Shown here: positions 23,557 to 34,300 of the stretch, in pieces
Layout of the letters: each line of letters opens with the position of its first letter
How positions within the stretch are numbered: the first letter of the stretch is position 1
NCBI GenBank assembly: GCA_012838425.1
Contig: DUPG01000011.1
Coordinates: forward strand, 489-64,488
Length of the DNA: 64,000 nucleotides
Reading direction: 5' to 3'
From: Clostridiales bacterium
Lineage (GTDB): Bacteria > Bacillota > Clostridia > Christensenellales > CAG-138
Program-made: the position numbers and the translations under genes
The notes under the pieces: generated by a model
Told to the model about the DNA's origin: nothing
What the model saw: only the letters and a program-made list of their open reading frames with translations
Database searches by the model: none

Positions 23557-25325
23557 TATTCCCTCGGCGAATCCTCTATCTCCCTAATCCACTCGGCGCA
23601 TTTTGCCTCGCTTGGCATAAACAGCCCTTTCCTTGGCGACAAGGACAGCACCGTCGCTTGAGGACCGTCGGGCGAGCAGGAGCGCTTGAACTGACTTGCG
23701 AAAAATCGCTTATAGAACGATTTGAGCCACTTTTTAATCTCGTCGGGCGAATAATCGTCCGCAAAGGCATCTAATGCCAATTCGTAAACCGATTTCGGGG
23801 ATAAATTCTTATATAGCGCGTGAAAAATGAAAAAGTCGTTCAGCTCATACGAACCGATAAGCTTTTGCGTGAACTGCACTATATTGCCGTTATCGCCGGG
23901 CAGAAGCTCAGGGCTTATGGGGGTTTCCAATATGTCGCAAAGCGCTTCGCGAAGCTCTAAGGAGGAATCGTCGGCAATCGCCTTAATAATCGCCTGCATA
24001 AGCGTTTTCGGAATTGAGCCGTTCACGCCATACATGCTCATATGGTCGCCGTTATATGTGCAGAAGCCAAGCGCCGACTCCGACAAATCGCCCGTTCCCA
24101 CAACCAAGCCGCCTTCACCGTTTGCAATATCCATAAGCACAAGCGTACGCATTCTCGCCTGCGCATTCTCAAATACAACATTTTTATTGCTTATGTCATG
24201 GCGAATTTCTTTAAGGTGCTGAGTAACGGATTCCGTCAAATCTATTGTTTCAAAGCGAACCCCTGTCGCCGCGCACAGCTTTTTTGTGTTCTCACGCGTG
24301 CGGTTTGAGGTCCCAAAGCAGGGCATTGACAGCGCATGCACGAATTCAGCGTTCTTGCCCATAATTTTTGCCGCTTCTAAGGATACTATTAGCGCCAAGG
24401 TCGAATCCAAGCCGCCCGAAACGCCCAGCACGAACGATTGCGCGTTAATTTCAGCCGCCCTGTGCGCCAATCCGTGCGCTAATATCTGAATAATCTCTTT
24501 TGCCTGTGTAATCGAAAAGGCTTCGGGAATAAACGGCCTTTTCTTCATGCCACGATACTCTGTTTCGCAGCTTGCCGGCTCTGAATTTTCAAGGGTTTCG
24601 CTAACTTGTGCAATCGCCATAGTGTTTTCAAAGGGCTTGCACTCCGCAGCTAATTCTCCGTTATCAAATATAAGGCAATGCCCGGAATAAACAAAGTCGG
24701 TAGTGGATTCGCCCAAGCCCGAATTAGCGTAAAGAATAGTCTTTTTCTTGGCGCGCAGCTTTTCACGGCGCGCGTTGGCGCTTCCCAATATCTCAATAGA
24801 AGAATCAAGCCTGCACTCTATCGACGGAAAAGGCAGGTTCATATCGCTTTCCGCTCCGAATGTGACGGCAAAAGCAATAATGCCACAGCCTATTGAGCTT
24901 ACAACAGGAACTCTGCCTATGCCCTGAATTGAAATAGCCTCAGGCGCAGTATTTGAAAAATATCGCGGGTTTGCGGCTGTGTTGGGTACAACTCCAAAAA
25001 TTTCGCCGTTCCGTATCACCACCGCGCAATCGTACAGCGAGGAACCGCTCATTATAGGCATTCCGAATACCGTTATGACGCTGCAGTCAGCTGTTTCACG
25101 CATAATCCTTTGAAGCGCTGAAGCTGATGCGTTTATCAGAGTCGGCTGAAAAAACAAATCGTCGCAGGTGCAGCCCGTAAGTATGAGCTCGGGCAAGCAA
25201 AGCAGGTCAAGCCCTGCATCGTCGGCCTTCCTGATAGCCGAAATTATCGCGTCTGCGTTATTGGTCGGGGCGGCAACCTGAATCTTAGGTGCAAAAGCCC
25301 CCGCTTTAATTGTGTTAACGTTCAT
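23556..25325 (-). CDS. nadE: NAD+ synthetase with a degenerate N-terminal glutaminase (nitrilase-fold) domain
   Basis: Synthetase motifs SGGLDSTL, ENAQARMR, GTGDLSE, SPELLP and SQFKRSC are intact; the N-domain has PEL.LTG.TC.DLF. Confidence 0.92.
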   Translation of the reverse strand: MNVNTIKAGAFAPKIQVAAPTNNADAIISAIRKADDAGLDLLCLPELILTGCTCDDLFFQPTLINASASALQRIMRETADCSVITVFGMPIMSGSSLYDCAVVIRNGEIFGVVPNTAANPRYFSNTAPEAISIQGIGRVPVVSSIGCGIIAFAVTFGAESDMNLPFPSIECRLDSSIEILGSANARREKLRAKKKTILYANSGLGESTTDFVYSGHCLIFDNGELAAECKPFENTMAIAQVSETLENSEPASCETEYRGMKKRPFIPEAFSITQAKEIIQILAHGLAHRAAEINAQSFVLGVSGGLDSTLALIVSLEAAKIMGKNAEFVHALSMPCFGTSNRTRENTKKLCAATGVRFETIDLTESVTQHLKEIRHDISNKNVVFENAQARMRTLVLMDIANGEGGLVVGTGDLSESALGFCTYNGDHMSMYGVNGSIPKTLMQAIIKAIADDSSLELREALCDILETPISPELLPGDNGNIVQFTQKLIGSYELNDFFIFHALYKNLSPKSVYELALDAFADDYSPDEIKKWLKSFYKRFFASQFKRSCSPDGPQATVLSLSPRKGLFMPSEAKCAEWIREIEDSPRE

Positions 25326-25390
25326 AATAACCCCTATCGATTTAGTATGAAAATTATATTACTAAGCGGCTGAAATGGCAAATATTTCGC

Positions 25391-25420
25391 GCACAAATAA
25401 TATGCCGTCTTCATAGAATA
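25391..25420 (+). promoter_or_regulatory. sigma-K-like sporulation promoter
   Basis: GCACA-16 nt-CATAGAATA, matching the CACA-n16-CATAnnnTA consensus. Confidence 0.55.
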
Positions 25421-25445
25421 CAGTATCAACATAAGGAGGAAAAGC

Positions 25446-25919
25446 ATGAAGGTAGGAAACGAGCCTCCGCAATATAATAACAGAGGTCAAAACCCACAGC
25501 AGACTCAGCAGGGGGGCTACCATAATGCTCCGCAGGGCTATCAGCAGGGCGCACAGGGCTATCAGCAGCCTATGCAGAACCGTATGCAAAACACACAAGG
25601 CTTTCAGCAGGAATCGCCCGCGATGGTGCTGACTCGCAGAATAAAAAGCGAACAGGGCAGTATGTACGCGGGATATTTTCTGAACGCGATTCGTCCGTAT
25701 ATAGCCCCGGCGGAGATATTGATGATAGAGCGCACGCTTAATATTCAAGCGCAGCCCGACCCGCGCTACTATGCTCAGCCCGAACACAATCAGCAGAAGG
25801 GAAGCGATATGTCGTCTATGCTTCCGTTGCTTATGAGCATGATGAATAAGGGCTCGGGCGAGGGCGGCTCAGGCATTGACCCTATGACGCTTATGAAAAT
25901 GATGGGTAAAAAAGACTGA
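25446..25919 (+). CDS. Hypothetical Gln/Gly-rich protein, possibly a spore protein
   Basis: AAGGAGG RBS; QGYQQ repeats; C-terminal MLPLLMSMM...DPMTLMKMM. Confidence 0.8.
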   Translation: MKVGNEPPQYNNRGQNPQQTQQGGYHNAPQGYQQGAQGYQQPMQNRMQNTQGFQQESPAMVLTRRIKSEQGSMYAGYFLNAIRPYIAPAEILMIERTLNIQAQPDPRYYAQPEHNQQKGSDMSSMLPLLMSMMNKGSGEGGSGIDPMTLMKMMGKKD

Positions 25920-25995
25920 AACCTTCCTCTCTTTTTTACGTTGGGCAAGTGCCGGCCACGCTTGCCCAAAACTATTTATGATAATTCTTTGTATA

Positions 25996-26095
25996 TGGGG
26001 TTGCCCCGCACCCCGCTGCCTTTTCCTGAAAGAAAAGCAGGAAAAGAACAAGCTGTTATTTGCTTTTTGCGCTGCGAAGCGACATTTAGCCGTTC
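25996..26095. repeat. Cap element plus one ATTTAGC module
   Basis: ggggttgccccgcaccccgctgccttttcctgaaagaaaagcaggaaaagaacaagctgtt...gcgctgcgaagcgacatttagc. Confidence 0.8.
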
Positions 26096-26137
26096 GATAA
26101 TCTTTATAAATAAAATCAGACGCGATACGCGCCCCCG

Positions 26138-26692
26138 CTATTTATCACCAAGTACTTCAAAATACTCATCTCTTGTTATCGAGTAAACGCATTCGTCAAG
26201 CACTTTGCCGTCAAATCTCACGAACTTTTTGCGTATTGTGCCTTCGTATTTGAATCCGCACTTCTCTATTACACGCCCTGAACGGCTATTGTCAACAAAA
26301 TGCGCGACGGACAGTAATTCCATTCCCATTTCCTCAAACAGATAGCGCATAACCTCTTTTACGGCTTCGGTCATTATGCCCTTGCCCCAGTAATCCTTGT
26401 TAAGCACATAGCCTATGTTTTTTACATTGAGAACCTTGGGGCGCATAGTGTCGGGATGAATGCCAAGACTGCCTATAACCTTGTTGTTCTCTTTATACAC
26501 TACCGCGTAAATCTCTCTGCTTTGCGCGAATATATCAAGTATATAGCATGATTCCTGCAAGGATTCGTGAGGCTTCCAGCCGGCGTTTGTGCCTACCTCG
26601 GGCACTTTCGCCATTTCGTAAAAGTCGTACAGGTCGTTATGGTCAAAGCGGCGCAACAATAGCCTATCAGTTTCAAGCGTTTTTCGATTCAT
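26138..26692 (-). CDS. GNAT acetyltransferase, RimJ/RimL family
   Basis: LETDRLLLRRF, IGYVLNKDYWGKGIMTEA, NSRSGRVIEKCGFKYEG. The true start follows GAGGA; the longer ORF extension is non-coding. Confidence 0.9.
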   Translation of the reverse strand: MNRKTLETDRLLLRRFDHNDLYDFYEMAKVPEVGTNAGWKPHESLQESCYILDIFAQSREIYAVVYKENNKVIGSLGIHPDTMRPKVLNVKNIGYVLNKDYWGKGIMTEAVKEVMRYLFEEMGMELLSVAHFVDNSRSGRVIEKCGFKYEGTIRKKFVRFDGKVLDECVYSITRDEYFEVLGDK

Positions 26693-26749
26693 ATTTATTC
26701 CTCGTATGAGTTTTCCTATATAATACCCGTATTTCCGGAAAAAGCAAGC

Positions 26750-26880
26750 AGGTTGCTTCGCAACGCAAGTATTCGCTACGCAAATAGCTGAATGTTGCTT
26801 CGCAACGCTGAAAATAATAGTGTGTTCTTTTGCTACTTTTCTTTCAAGAAAAGAATCGGGGTTTGGGGTGGCGCCCCAAA
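26750..26880. repeat. TTCAGC array plus cap element
   Basis: tattcgctacgcaaata-gctgaat-gttgcttcgcaac-gctgaaa...tgttcttttgctactttctttcaagaaaag..ggggtttggggtggcgcccca. Confidence 0.85.
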
Positions 26881-26887
26881 AACACGC

Positions 26888-26916
26888 TTGACAACAAAAA
26901 ATATTCTGCATATAAT
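26888..26916 (+). promoter_or_regulatory. Consensus sigma-A promoter of the valS leader
   Basis: TTGACA-17 nt-TATAAT. Confidence 0.85.
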
Positions 26917-26944
26917 GCAATGACATAAAGAATTGAATATGGAT

Positions 26945-27220
26945 TTTAGCGTTGAAGAAGAGGAGTACAGAGCATGCGGCATGAAAGAGAGCGGTTCCGT
27001 TGGGCTGAAAGAACCGTATGCAAGGCACTCTGGAAGGTCGCTTCGGAGCTATCTTTGTGAACGCGTCGGGAAATGACAGTAGCAAAGACGGTATGCCCCC
27101 GTTACGGGCGTTAAGAGCGGATTGAAAGAAACTGTTATTGTAGCTTTCAATCAACAAAGGTGGTACCGCGAGAAATATTTTGCCTTCCTCGTCCTTTGAA
27201 GGACCGGGAGGGCTTTTTTC
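26945..27220 (+). ncRNA. T-box riboswitch upstream of valS
   Basis: AGAGA/GCTGAAA stem-I apex, AGTAG motif, T-box AAAGGTGGTACCGCG at 27156-27170, terminator ending in TTTTTT; candidate GTC (Val) specifier near 27037. Confidence 0.9.
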
Positions 27221-27234
27221 ATAGGGAGGTTTAT

Positions 27235-29886
27235 ATGAACGACAAACAGGAAATGCCAAAGAGCTATAGCCATTCTACCGTTGAGAGCAGAATCTATGAA
27301 TGGTGGGAGAATTCGGGCTTTTTCGGTGCAAATCCGAATGAGAGCAAAGCACCGTTCTGTATTGTGATGCCCCCGCCCAATATCACGGGGCAATTACATA
27401 TGGGGCACGCGCTTGACAACACGCTGCAAGATGTCATTATCCGCTACAAGCGCATGAGCGGCTTTGAAACGCTGTGGCTGCCGGGAACGGACCACGCGTC
27501 AATAGCAACCGAGGTTAAGATAGTAGAGGAGATGGCAGGCGAGGGCTTAACCAAGGAGCAAATAGGCAGAGAAGCCTTTTTAGAGCGCGCATGGAATTGG
27601 CGTAACACATACGGCACACGAATTGTTGCACAGCTCAGAAAGTTAGGTTCGTCATGCGACTGGTCAAGAGAGCGTTTCACGATGGACGAGGGCTGTTCTA
27701 AGGCGGTTAATCAGGTATTCGTTTCGCTTTACGAAAAAGGGCTGATATATCGCGGAAACAGAATAGTAAACTGGTGTACGGACTGCCAGACGGCAATTTC
27801 CGACGCAGAGGTAGAGTTCGAGGAGCAGGAGTCTAATCTGTGGCATGTAAGATACGACGCTCCCGACAAATCGTATTCGATTATATGCGCCACAACACGC
27901 CCCGAAACAATATTGGGCGATACGGGCATTGCGGTTAACCCGAATGACGACAGATACAAGCACTTGGTAGGCAAAACCGTATTGGTTCCCGTAATAAACA
28001 GGGAAATACCGATAGTTGCCGACGAGTATGTTGAAATAGAGTTCGGAACGGGCGCAGTTAAAATCACGCCCTCGCATGACCCGAACGACTTTGAGGTAGG
28101 CATACGCACCGGCCTGCCCCAGCTATGCGTATTCACCCCCGACGGCTTCGTAAACGAGCAGGGCGGAAAATATAAGGGCATAAGCATCAAAGAGTGCAGA
28201 AAGGTTTTCGTAAAAGACTTGGAAGCCGCCGGCGCGTTAGTAAAAATCGAGCCCTACAAGCACAATGTAGGCACCTGCTATCGCTGCGGCACAACCATAG
28301 AGCCTTTGGTTTCAAAGCAATGGTTCATCGATATAAAGCCGTTGGCGAAGCGCGCCATTGAAGCGGTTGAAAGCGGCGAAATCAGATTCGTTCCCGAGAG
28401 ATACGCAAAAACCTACTTCAACTGGATGAACAACATACGCGACTGGTGCATATCCCGTCAGCTATGGTGGGGGCACAGGATTCCCGCATGGCATTGCGAG
28501 GACTGCGGCGAAATCACAGTCAGCGCGACTACCCCAAGCAAATGTAAGCATTGCGGCAGCGAACGCATAAAGCAGGACCCCGATGTATTGGATACATGGT
28601 TCTCGTCGGGCATGTGGCCTTTCTCGACTCTGGGCTGGCCGGAAAACACCGCCGATTTGCGCTGTTTCTACCCTACTAACACGCTTGTAACGGGCTACGA
28701 CATAATTTTCTTCTGGATAGCGCGCATGATTATGTTCGGCTACTATGTAATGGGCGAAAAACCCTTCGATACGGTTTACGTTCATGGCATAGTACGCGAC
28801 GAATTAGGCAGAAAGATGTCAAAGTCATTGGGCAACGGCATTGACCCGTTAGAAGTAATTGAGAAATACGGAGCCGACGCGCTGAGGTTCTCGCTTATCA
28901 CGGGCAACTCCGCCGGCAACGATATGCGCTTTTACGATGAAAAGGTAAACGCCGCAAGCAACTTCTGCAACAAGGTTTATAACGCTACAAGGTTCGTGCT
29001 TATGAACCTGGGCGACGAAAAAATTGAGGAAATCGACCTCAATAAGCTTGATATTGCGGATAAATGGATACTGCACAGGCTGAATGAGGTTATAAGAGAT
29101 GTAACAAATCATCTTGACTCATACGACCTTAACTTAGCCGCAGAGCGCATATACGACTTTATATGGTCAGAATTCTGCGACTGGTATATCGAGATGGCAA
29201 AGCCGCGCCTGTATGGCGAAAACGCGGAGGGCAAGGCGACTGCGAAGTCGGTTCTGGTATATGTGCTTGACAAGTCGTTCAAGCTTTTGCACCCGTTCAT
29301 GCCGTTCATTACGGAGGAGCTGTATCAGCACCTGCCCAATAGCGAAGAAACCATAATGCGTTCAGAATTCCCGAAAGCAAGGGCTGAGTTCGACTTCCCG
29401 AATGAAGCAAATGCTTTCAATGCGATAATGGACTTGGTACGCAGTATAAGAAATGTTCGCAAGGAAACCAACTGCCCGCCCGCTAAGCGAATTTCAATAG
29501 ACTTGGTTTATTTCGATAAGAAGGACGAAGAATATCTGAAGCAGGCGTCGGCATACTTCACAAAGCTTGCGGGTGCTGAAAATGTATGGCTGTTTGCGGA
29601 CAAAAGCCAAATCCCCGAAAATGCCGTATCCGCTATTTCAAGCATTGCGGAGGCGTTTATACCCATGGGCGAGCTTGTTGATGCTGAAAAGGAAACAGAG
29701 CGCGTAAGCAAGGAGCTTGAGAAGATTCAAGCCGAAATAAACCGCTTCGAATCCAAGCTCAACAATCCGGGCTTCGTAAGCAAGGCACCCAAGGCGGTTG
29801 TTGACGAGGAAAGGGCAAAGCTGCAATCGGCAAAGAATATAGAAAGTAAGCTGTTAGAACGCTTAGAGCAGCTGAAAAAGCTATGA
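27235..29886 (+). CDS. valS: Valine--tRNA ligase
   Basis: PPPNITGQLHMGH, DWCISRQLWWGH, KMSKS, C-terminal coiled coil. Start at the ATG after GGAGG. Confidence 0.98.
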   Translation: MNDKQEMPKSYSHSTVESRIYEWWENSGFFGANPNESKAPFCIVMPPPNITGQLHMGHALDNTLQDVIIRYKRMSGFETLWLPGTDHASIATEVKIVEEMAGEGLTKEQIGREAFLERAWNWRNTYGTRIVAQLRKLGSSCDWSRERFTMDEGCSKAVNQVFVSLYEKGLIYRGNRIVNWCTDCQTAISDAEVEFEEQESNLWHVRYDAPDKSYSIICATTRPETILGDTGIAVNPNDDRYKHLVGKTVLVPVINREIPIVADEYVEIEFGTGAVKITPSHDPNDFEVGIRTGLPQLCVFTPDGFVNEQGGKYKGISIKECRKVFVKDLEAAGALVKIEPYKHNVGTCYRCGTTIEPLVSKQWFIDIKPLAKRAIEAVESGEIRFVPERYAKTYFNWMNNIRDWCISRQLWWGHRIPAWHCEDCGEITVSATTPSKCKHCGSERIKQDPDVLDTWFSSGMWPFSTLGWPENTADLRCFYPTNTLVTGYDIIFFWIARMIMFGYYVMGEKPFDTVYVHGIVRDELGRKMSKSLGNGIDPLEVIEKYGADALRFSLITGNSAGNDMRFYDEKVNAASNFCNKVYNATRFVLMNLGDEKIEEIDLNKLDIADKWILHRLNEVIRDVTNHLDSYDLNLAAERIYDFIWSEFCDWYIEMAKPRLYGENAEGKATAKSVLVYVLDKSFKLLHPFMPFITEELYQHLPNSEETIMRSEFPKARAEFDFPNEANAFNAIMDLVRSIRNVRKETNCPPAKRISIDLVYFDKKDEEYLKQASAYFTKLAGAENVWLFADKSQIPENAVSAISSIAEAFIPMGELVDAEKETERVSKELEKIQAEINRFESKLNNPGFVSKAPKAVVDEERAKLQSAKNIESKLLERLEQLKKL

Positions 29887-31151
29887 CGAGGTTTTACACA
29901 CTACCGGCAGAGAACAGAAGCTATGAGGAGGCAAGGCAGTTTATTGAAACGGTGTTTCGCCTGCTTCCTCATAATACGCCCCTGAAAAAGATTCAGATAG
30001 CCGGCACCAACGGCAAGGGCTCAACAGCGGCAATGCTTGCGAGCATATTAAGGGCTTCTGGGTATAAAACGGGGCTTAACATATCGCCTTCGCTCATTTA
30101 TGTAAACGAGCGCATAAGCATTGACGGCGAGTATATTTCTGACGACGATTTATTGCGTTATCAGCCTATTATAGAAGAAGCCGAGAGGATATGCGGCAGG
30201 ACCTTCGGCGGGTTCGAGCACATCACAGCCGCCGCGGCGATGTTCTTTTCCGAACAAGCTGTGGATTTCGCCGTAATGGAAACGGGCTTGGGCGGCAGGT
30301 TTGATACGGTTTCTGCGGTTGAAAAGCTGATTTTATCGTCTATCACAAGCATTGGCTTTGACCATATGCATATGCTGGGCAATTCGTTAGAGCAAATAGC
30401 CTATGAAAAGTGCGGAATAATGAGAACTGGCGTTCCCTGCGTTATACACCCTCAAAGCAACGGCGCATATTCGGCTATATTTTCTTCGGCGGATTCGCTG
30501 AACTGCAAGCTAATAGATGTTCGCACCTGCACGGTTACGGATAATCAGGTTAATAACACAAGACAAAGCATGAATATACATGTGCGCGGCGAGGATTATT
30601 TCGTGGATATCCCCCTTTTGGGCGAGCATCAGCACGCGAACGCCTCAAACGCGCTGTTGTGCGCCTTGGCATTGCGCGATATGGGCTATACGAACATCAC
30701 GAAAGCCACAATAGAGCGCGGATTCTGTGAAACCAGCTGGCACGGGCGCTTGGAAACTGTGAAGCTTCCTATTGTTGACTGCCCCATTATAATTGACGGT
30801 GCGCACAATGTTTCCGCAATGAACGCTTTGGCGAAAACGCTTAATGTGCTGTATCCGAATAAAACCCATGTTGTACTTCTATCCATAATGGCAGACAAGG
30901 ATATTCCCGCTATTTTGAACCAAATGTTAGGCTTTGCGAGTAAAATTGTATGCGTGAAGGTGAATTCAAGAGCTATTGACGCGGACAAGCTGTGCGAATT
31001 AGCCAAAGCACACTACTTCGAAGCCTATTGCGCCGATTCGGTGGAGGAAGGCGTAAGATTAGCCGCAAGGCTATCAAACGGGCAGGGCTTCTTGGCGGCA
31101 GGGTCGCTGTACTTGGCTGGGAAGATACTGTCGCTCCAAAGCAGCGTATGA
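29883..31151 (+). CDS. folC: Folylpolyglutamate synthase/dihydrofolate synthase
   Basis: IAGTNGKGST, ETGLGGRFD, WHGRLE, DGAHN, GSLYLAG; conserved valS-folC coupling. Confidence 0.93.
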   Translation: MTRFYTLPAENRSYEEARQFIETVFRLLPHNTPLKKIQIAGTNGKGSTAAMLASILRASGYKTGLNISPSLIYVNERISIDGEYISDDDLLRYQPIIEEAERICGRTFGGFEHITAAAAMFFSEQAVDFAVMETGLGGRFDTVSAVEKLILSSITSIGFDHMHMLGNSLEQIAYEKCGIMRTGVPCVIHPQSNGAYSAIFSSADSLNCKLIDVRTCTVTDNQVNNTRQSMNIHVRGEDYFVDIPLLGEHQHANASNALLCALALRDMGYTNITKATIERGFCETSWHGRLETVKLPIVDCPIIIDGAHNVSAMNALAKTLNVLYPNKTHVVLLSIMADKDIPAILNQMLGFASKIVCVKVNSRAIDADKLCELAKAHYFEAYCADSVEEGVRLAARLSNGQGFLAAGSLYLAGKILSLQSSV

Positions 31152-31322
31152 GCACACCCTGCGGGTGAATGAAGACGCGCCTGTGGCATCTTCATTCACG
31201 CAAAGCGTGTCTTCATTGCGATATCACTAAAAGCGGACGCGCAATGCGCGCCCCTGCAATTGTTTATCTTCATTCGGGCGCAAGCCCGTCTTATTTCAGC
31301 GACTGCGTCGCTGGCTTCATGG
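31152..31322. repeat. Hairpin-linker array with REP-like palindrome between convergent folC and ileS
   Basis: caccctgcgggtg-AATGAAGA; TCTTCATT-cacgcaaagcgtg-TCTTCATT; cggacgcgcaatgcgcgcccctgca at 31234-31258. It is a near-inverted copy of ~23250-23330. Confidence 0.85.
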
Positions 31323-31334
31323 CTCTTTCAGAGC

Positions 31335-34300
31335 TTATTCGTTCACCTTAACCCCAAGCGTTACCGTTTCGCCGTTAACGTCCCATTCCTTCGTATATCC
31401 GCCCATTACGCCGGTTATTATTGTATCGGCTAATGTATCGGCGCATATTTCCTTGCCGAAGCGGTCAAATATATCGGCTATCCTCTCGTTGCCCATATGG
31501 TATATAACTATGCGGTCGGTAACATTGAAGTCGGCCTCCTTGCGCATTGTCTGCACCTTCGATACCAGCTCGCGCACAAAGCCCTCGTCTATAAGCTCCT
31601 GAGTAAGAGTCGTTGCAAGCACTACCGTAAAGCCGTTATCGCTTGCGGAGGCATAGCCCTCCTTGCGCTCGGTTTCAACTAACACATCTACGGGAGCAAG
31701 CACTATATGCTCACCTTCTAAATCGAACTCATAATTCCTGCCCTCTGCGTGCGTCTTAACTATTTCATTGCTGTTTTCAAGCAGGTGCGCCGATATGCTC
31801 TTTAACAGCTTGCCATAGCGCGGCCCAAGTGTTTTGAGCTGCGGCTTCACTCTATATGAGATATACTCCGAAGCGTCTGAAACGAACCGCACATTATGCA
31901 CATTCAGCTCTTCCGCCAATATGTTCACATACATTTTAGGAAGCTGTGCGCCCTGAACAAGTATTTCCGACAACGGCTGGCGATTCTTTATATTCGCCTG
32001 ATTGCGCGCCGCCCTGCCCAATGCGCAGAGAGCAAGCACATTGTCCATATTCTCCTCCGCCTGCTCGTCTATGCGGCTTTGATCGTATGCCGGGAAGTCC
32101 AAAAGATGCACCGACACAGGCGCGTTCTTGTCGCAGGTGCGTACTATATTCTGATATATCATCTCCGCCAGGAAAGGCGTGAAAGGCGCTGTAAGGCGTG
32201 CCATGGTTTCAAGCACAGTGTATAGCGTCATATATGCCGCCTCCTTATCGGGAGTCATGCCGCTGCCCCAGAAGCGTTCGCGACATCTGCGCACGTACCA
32301 GTTAGACAGGTCATCTGAGAATCTCAGCATTTCCCTTGCCGCCTCGGTTATCTTGTATTCCTCCAAGCAGCTGTCAACCGTCTTTATAAGCGTATTCAAG
32401 CGCGAAAGCACCCACTTATCCATTACGGTTATGTTTTCCTCACGCAATACATGCTTTGTGGGGTCGAACTCGTCTATATCCGCGTACAGCACATAGAAGG
32501 CGTAGGTGTTCCAAAGAGTGCCTATGAACTTGCGCTGCGCCTCGCTTACCGCCTCATGTGAATATCTGTTAGGCAGCCACGGGCTCGAATTTATGTAGTA
32601 GTACCAGCGCACAGCGTCGGCGCCCTGCCTTTTCAGCGCTTCCTCGGGAGCTATTACGTTGCCCTTGTGCTTGCTCATCTTGATACCGTGCTTATCCTGT
32701 ACGTGCCCTAACACAAGGCAGTTTCTGAAAGGCGGTTCGTCAAACAGGCAGACCGATATAGCCATAAGCGTATAGAACCAGCCGCGAGTCTGGTCAACCG
32801 CTTCGGATATGTAGTCCGCGGGATAGCGGCGCATGAACTCATCTCTGTTCTCAAAGGGATAGTGCCATTGCGCGAATGGCATTGAGCCCGAATCGAACCA
32901 GCAGTCCAGCACCGAGGGCTCGCGCTTCATCGTAGAGCCGCACTTTAAGCAATCGAATGTAACCTCATCTATATAGGGCTTATGAAGCTCTATGCCCTCA
33001 TATTCCTTGCCGGCGCGCTCAACAAGCTGTGCTCTGCTTCCCACAACCTCTATTTCGCCGCACTTCTCGCATACCCATACGGGCAGGGGCGTACCCCAGT
33101 AACGCTCACGCGATACTCCCCAATCTATTATGTTCTCCAAGAAATTGCCCATTCTGCCGTCGCGTATGTATTCGGGTATCCAGTTTATTGACTTGTTGAA
33201 AGCTAAAAGCTTGTCCTTCAGCTGTGTCATCTTTATAAACCAGCTCTCGCGGGCGTAGTATAAAAGCGGAGTGTCGCAGCGCCAGCAGAAAGGATAGTCA
33301 TGCTCGAATTCCGCTGTTTTGAACAGCCTGCCGTTCGCCTTTATGTCGGATATTATCTGCTTGTCGGCTGTTTTTACGAACATACCTGCCCATGGGGTTG
33401 TGTCTGTCAGCTGTCCCCTGTCGTTTACAAGCTGTATGAAGGGCAAATCGTAGTTTCGGCCCACTCGCGCGTCGTCCTCACCGAATGCGGGGGCTATATG
33501 CACTATGCCCGAACCGTCGGTAAGCGTTACATAATCGTCCTCCACTATTCTGTACGGCTTCGCGTCGGGCATGAAGTCAACAAGCTTGAAAAGCGGCTCA
33601 TACTCCAAGCCCACAAGCTCGGCACCTGTGTAGGTTTCCAATATTTCGGGCTTATCCTCGCCGAAAACGCTATCAATGAGGCCCTTTGCAAGCAAAAGCT
33701 TTTCGCCGTTATAAAGCACCTTCGCGTATTCGAACTTAGCGTTTACGCATAAGCCCACATTTGAGGGCAATGTCCATGGAGTAGTTGTCCACACCAGCGC
33801 GCTGCAATCGAAATTCTTTATGGGGAATGTAACGAATATAGATGTTTCCTTAACCGTTTTATAGCCCTGCGCGGTTTCGTGCGAGGAAAGCGCTGTGCCG
33901 CAGCGGGGGCAGTACGGAACAATCTTGTAGCCTTTATATAACAGTCCCTTGTCGGCTATCGTCTTTATAGCCCACCATACAGATTCTATGTAATTGTTGT
34001 CATAAGTGATATATGGATTCTCCATATCCGCCCAGTAGCCTACGCTGTCGGACATATTCTCCCATGCGCCCTTGTACTTCCATACGGATTCCTTGCACTT
34101 CTTTATAAAGGGCTCAACGCCGTATTTCTCTATCTGCGGCTTACCGTCTAAGCCCAGCTCCTTTTCTACCTCAAGCTCTACGGGCAGGCCGTGCGTGTCC
34201 CAGCCCGCCTTCCTTAAAACATTAAAGCCCTTCATAGTGCGGTAGCGGGGGATTATATCCTTCATGGCACGGGTCAATATATGCCCCATATGCGGCTTGC

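Noticed and set aside
26693-27259. N-terminal extension of the 373-aa GNAT ORF
   Set aside because: It runs through a repeat array, a promoter and the antisense of the valS T-box; the real gene starts at 26692 after an RBS.
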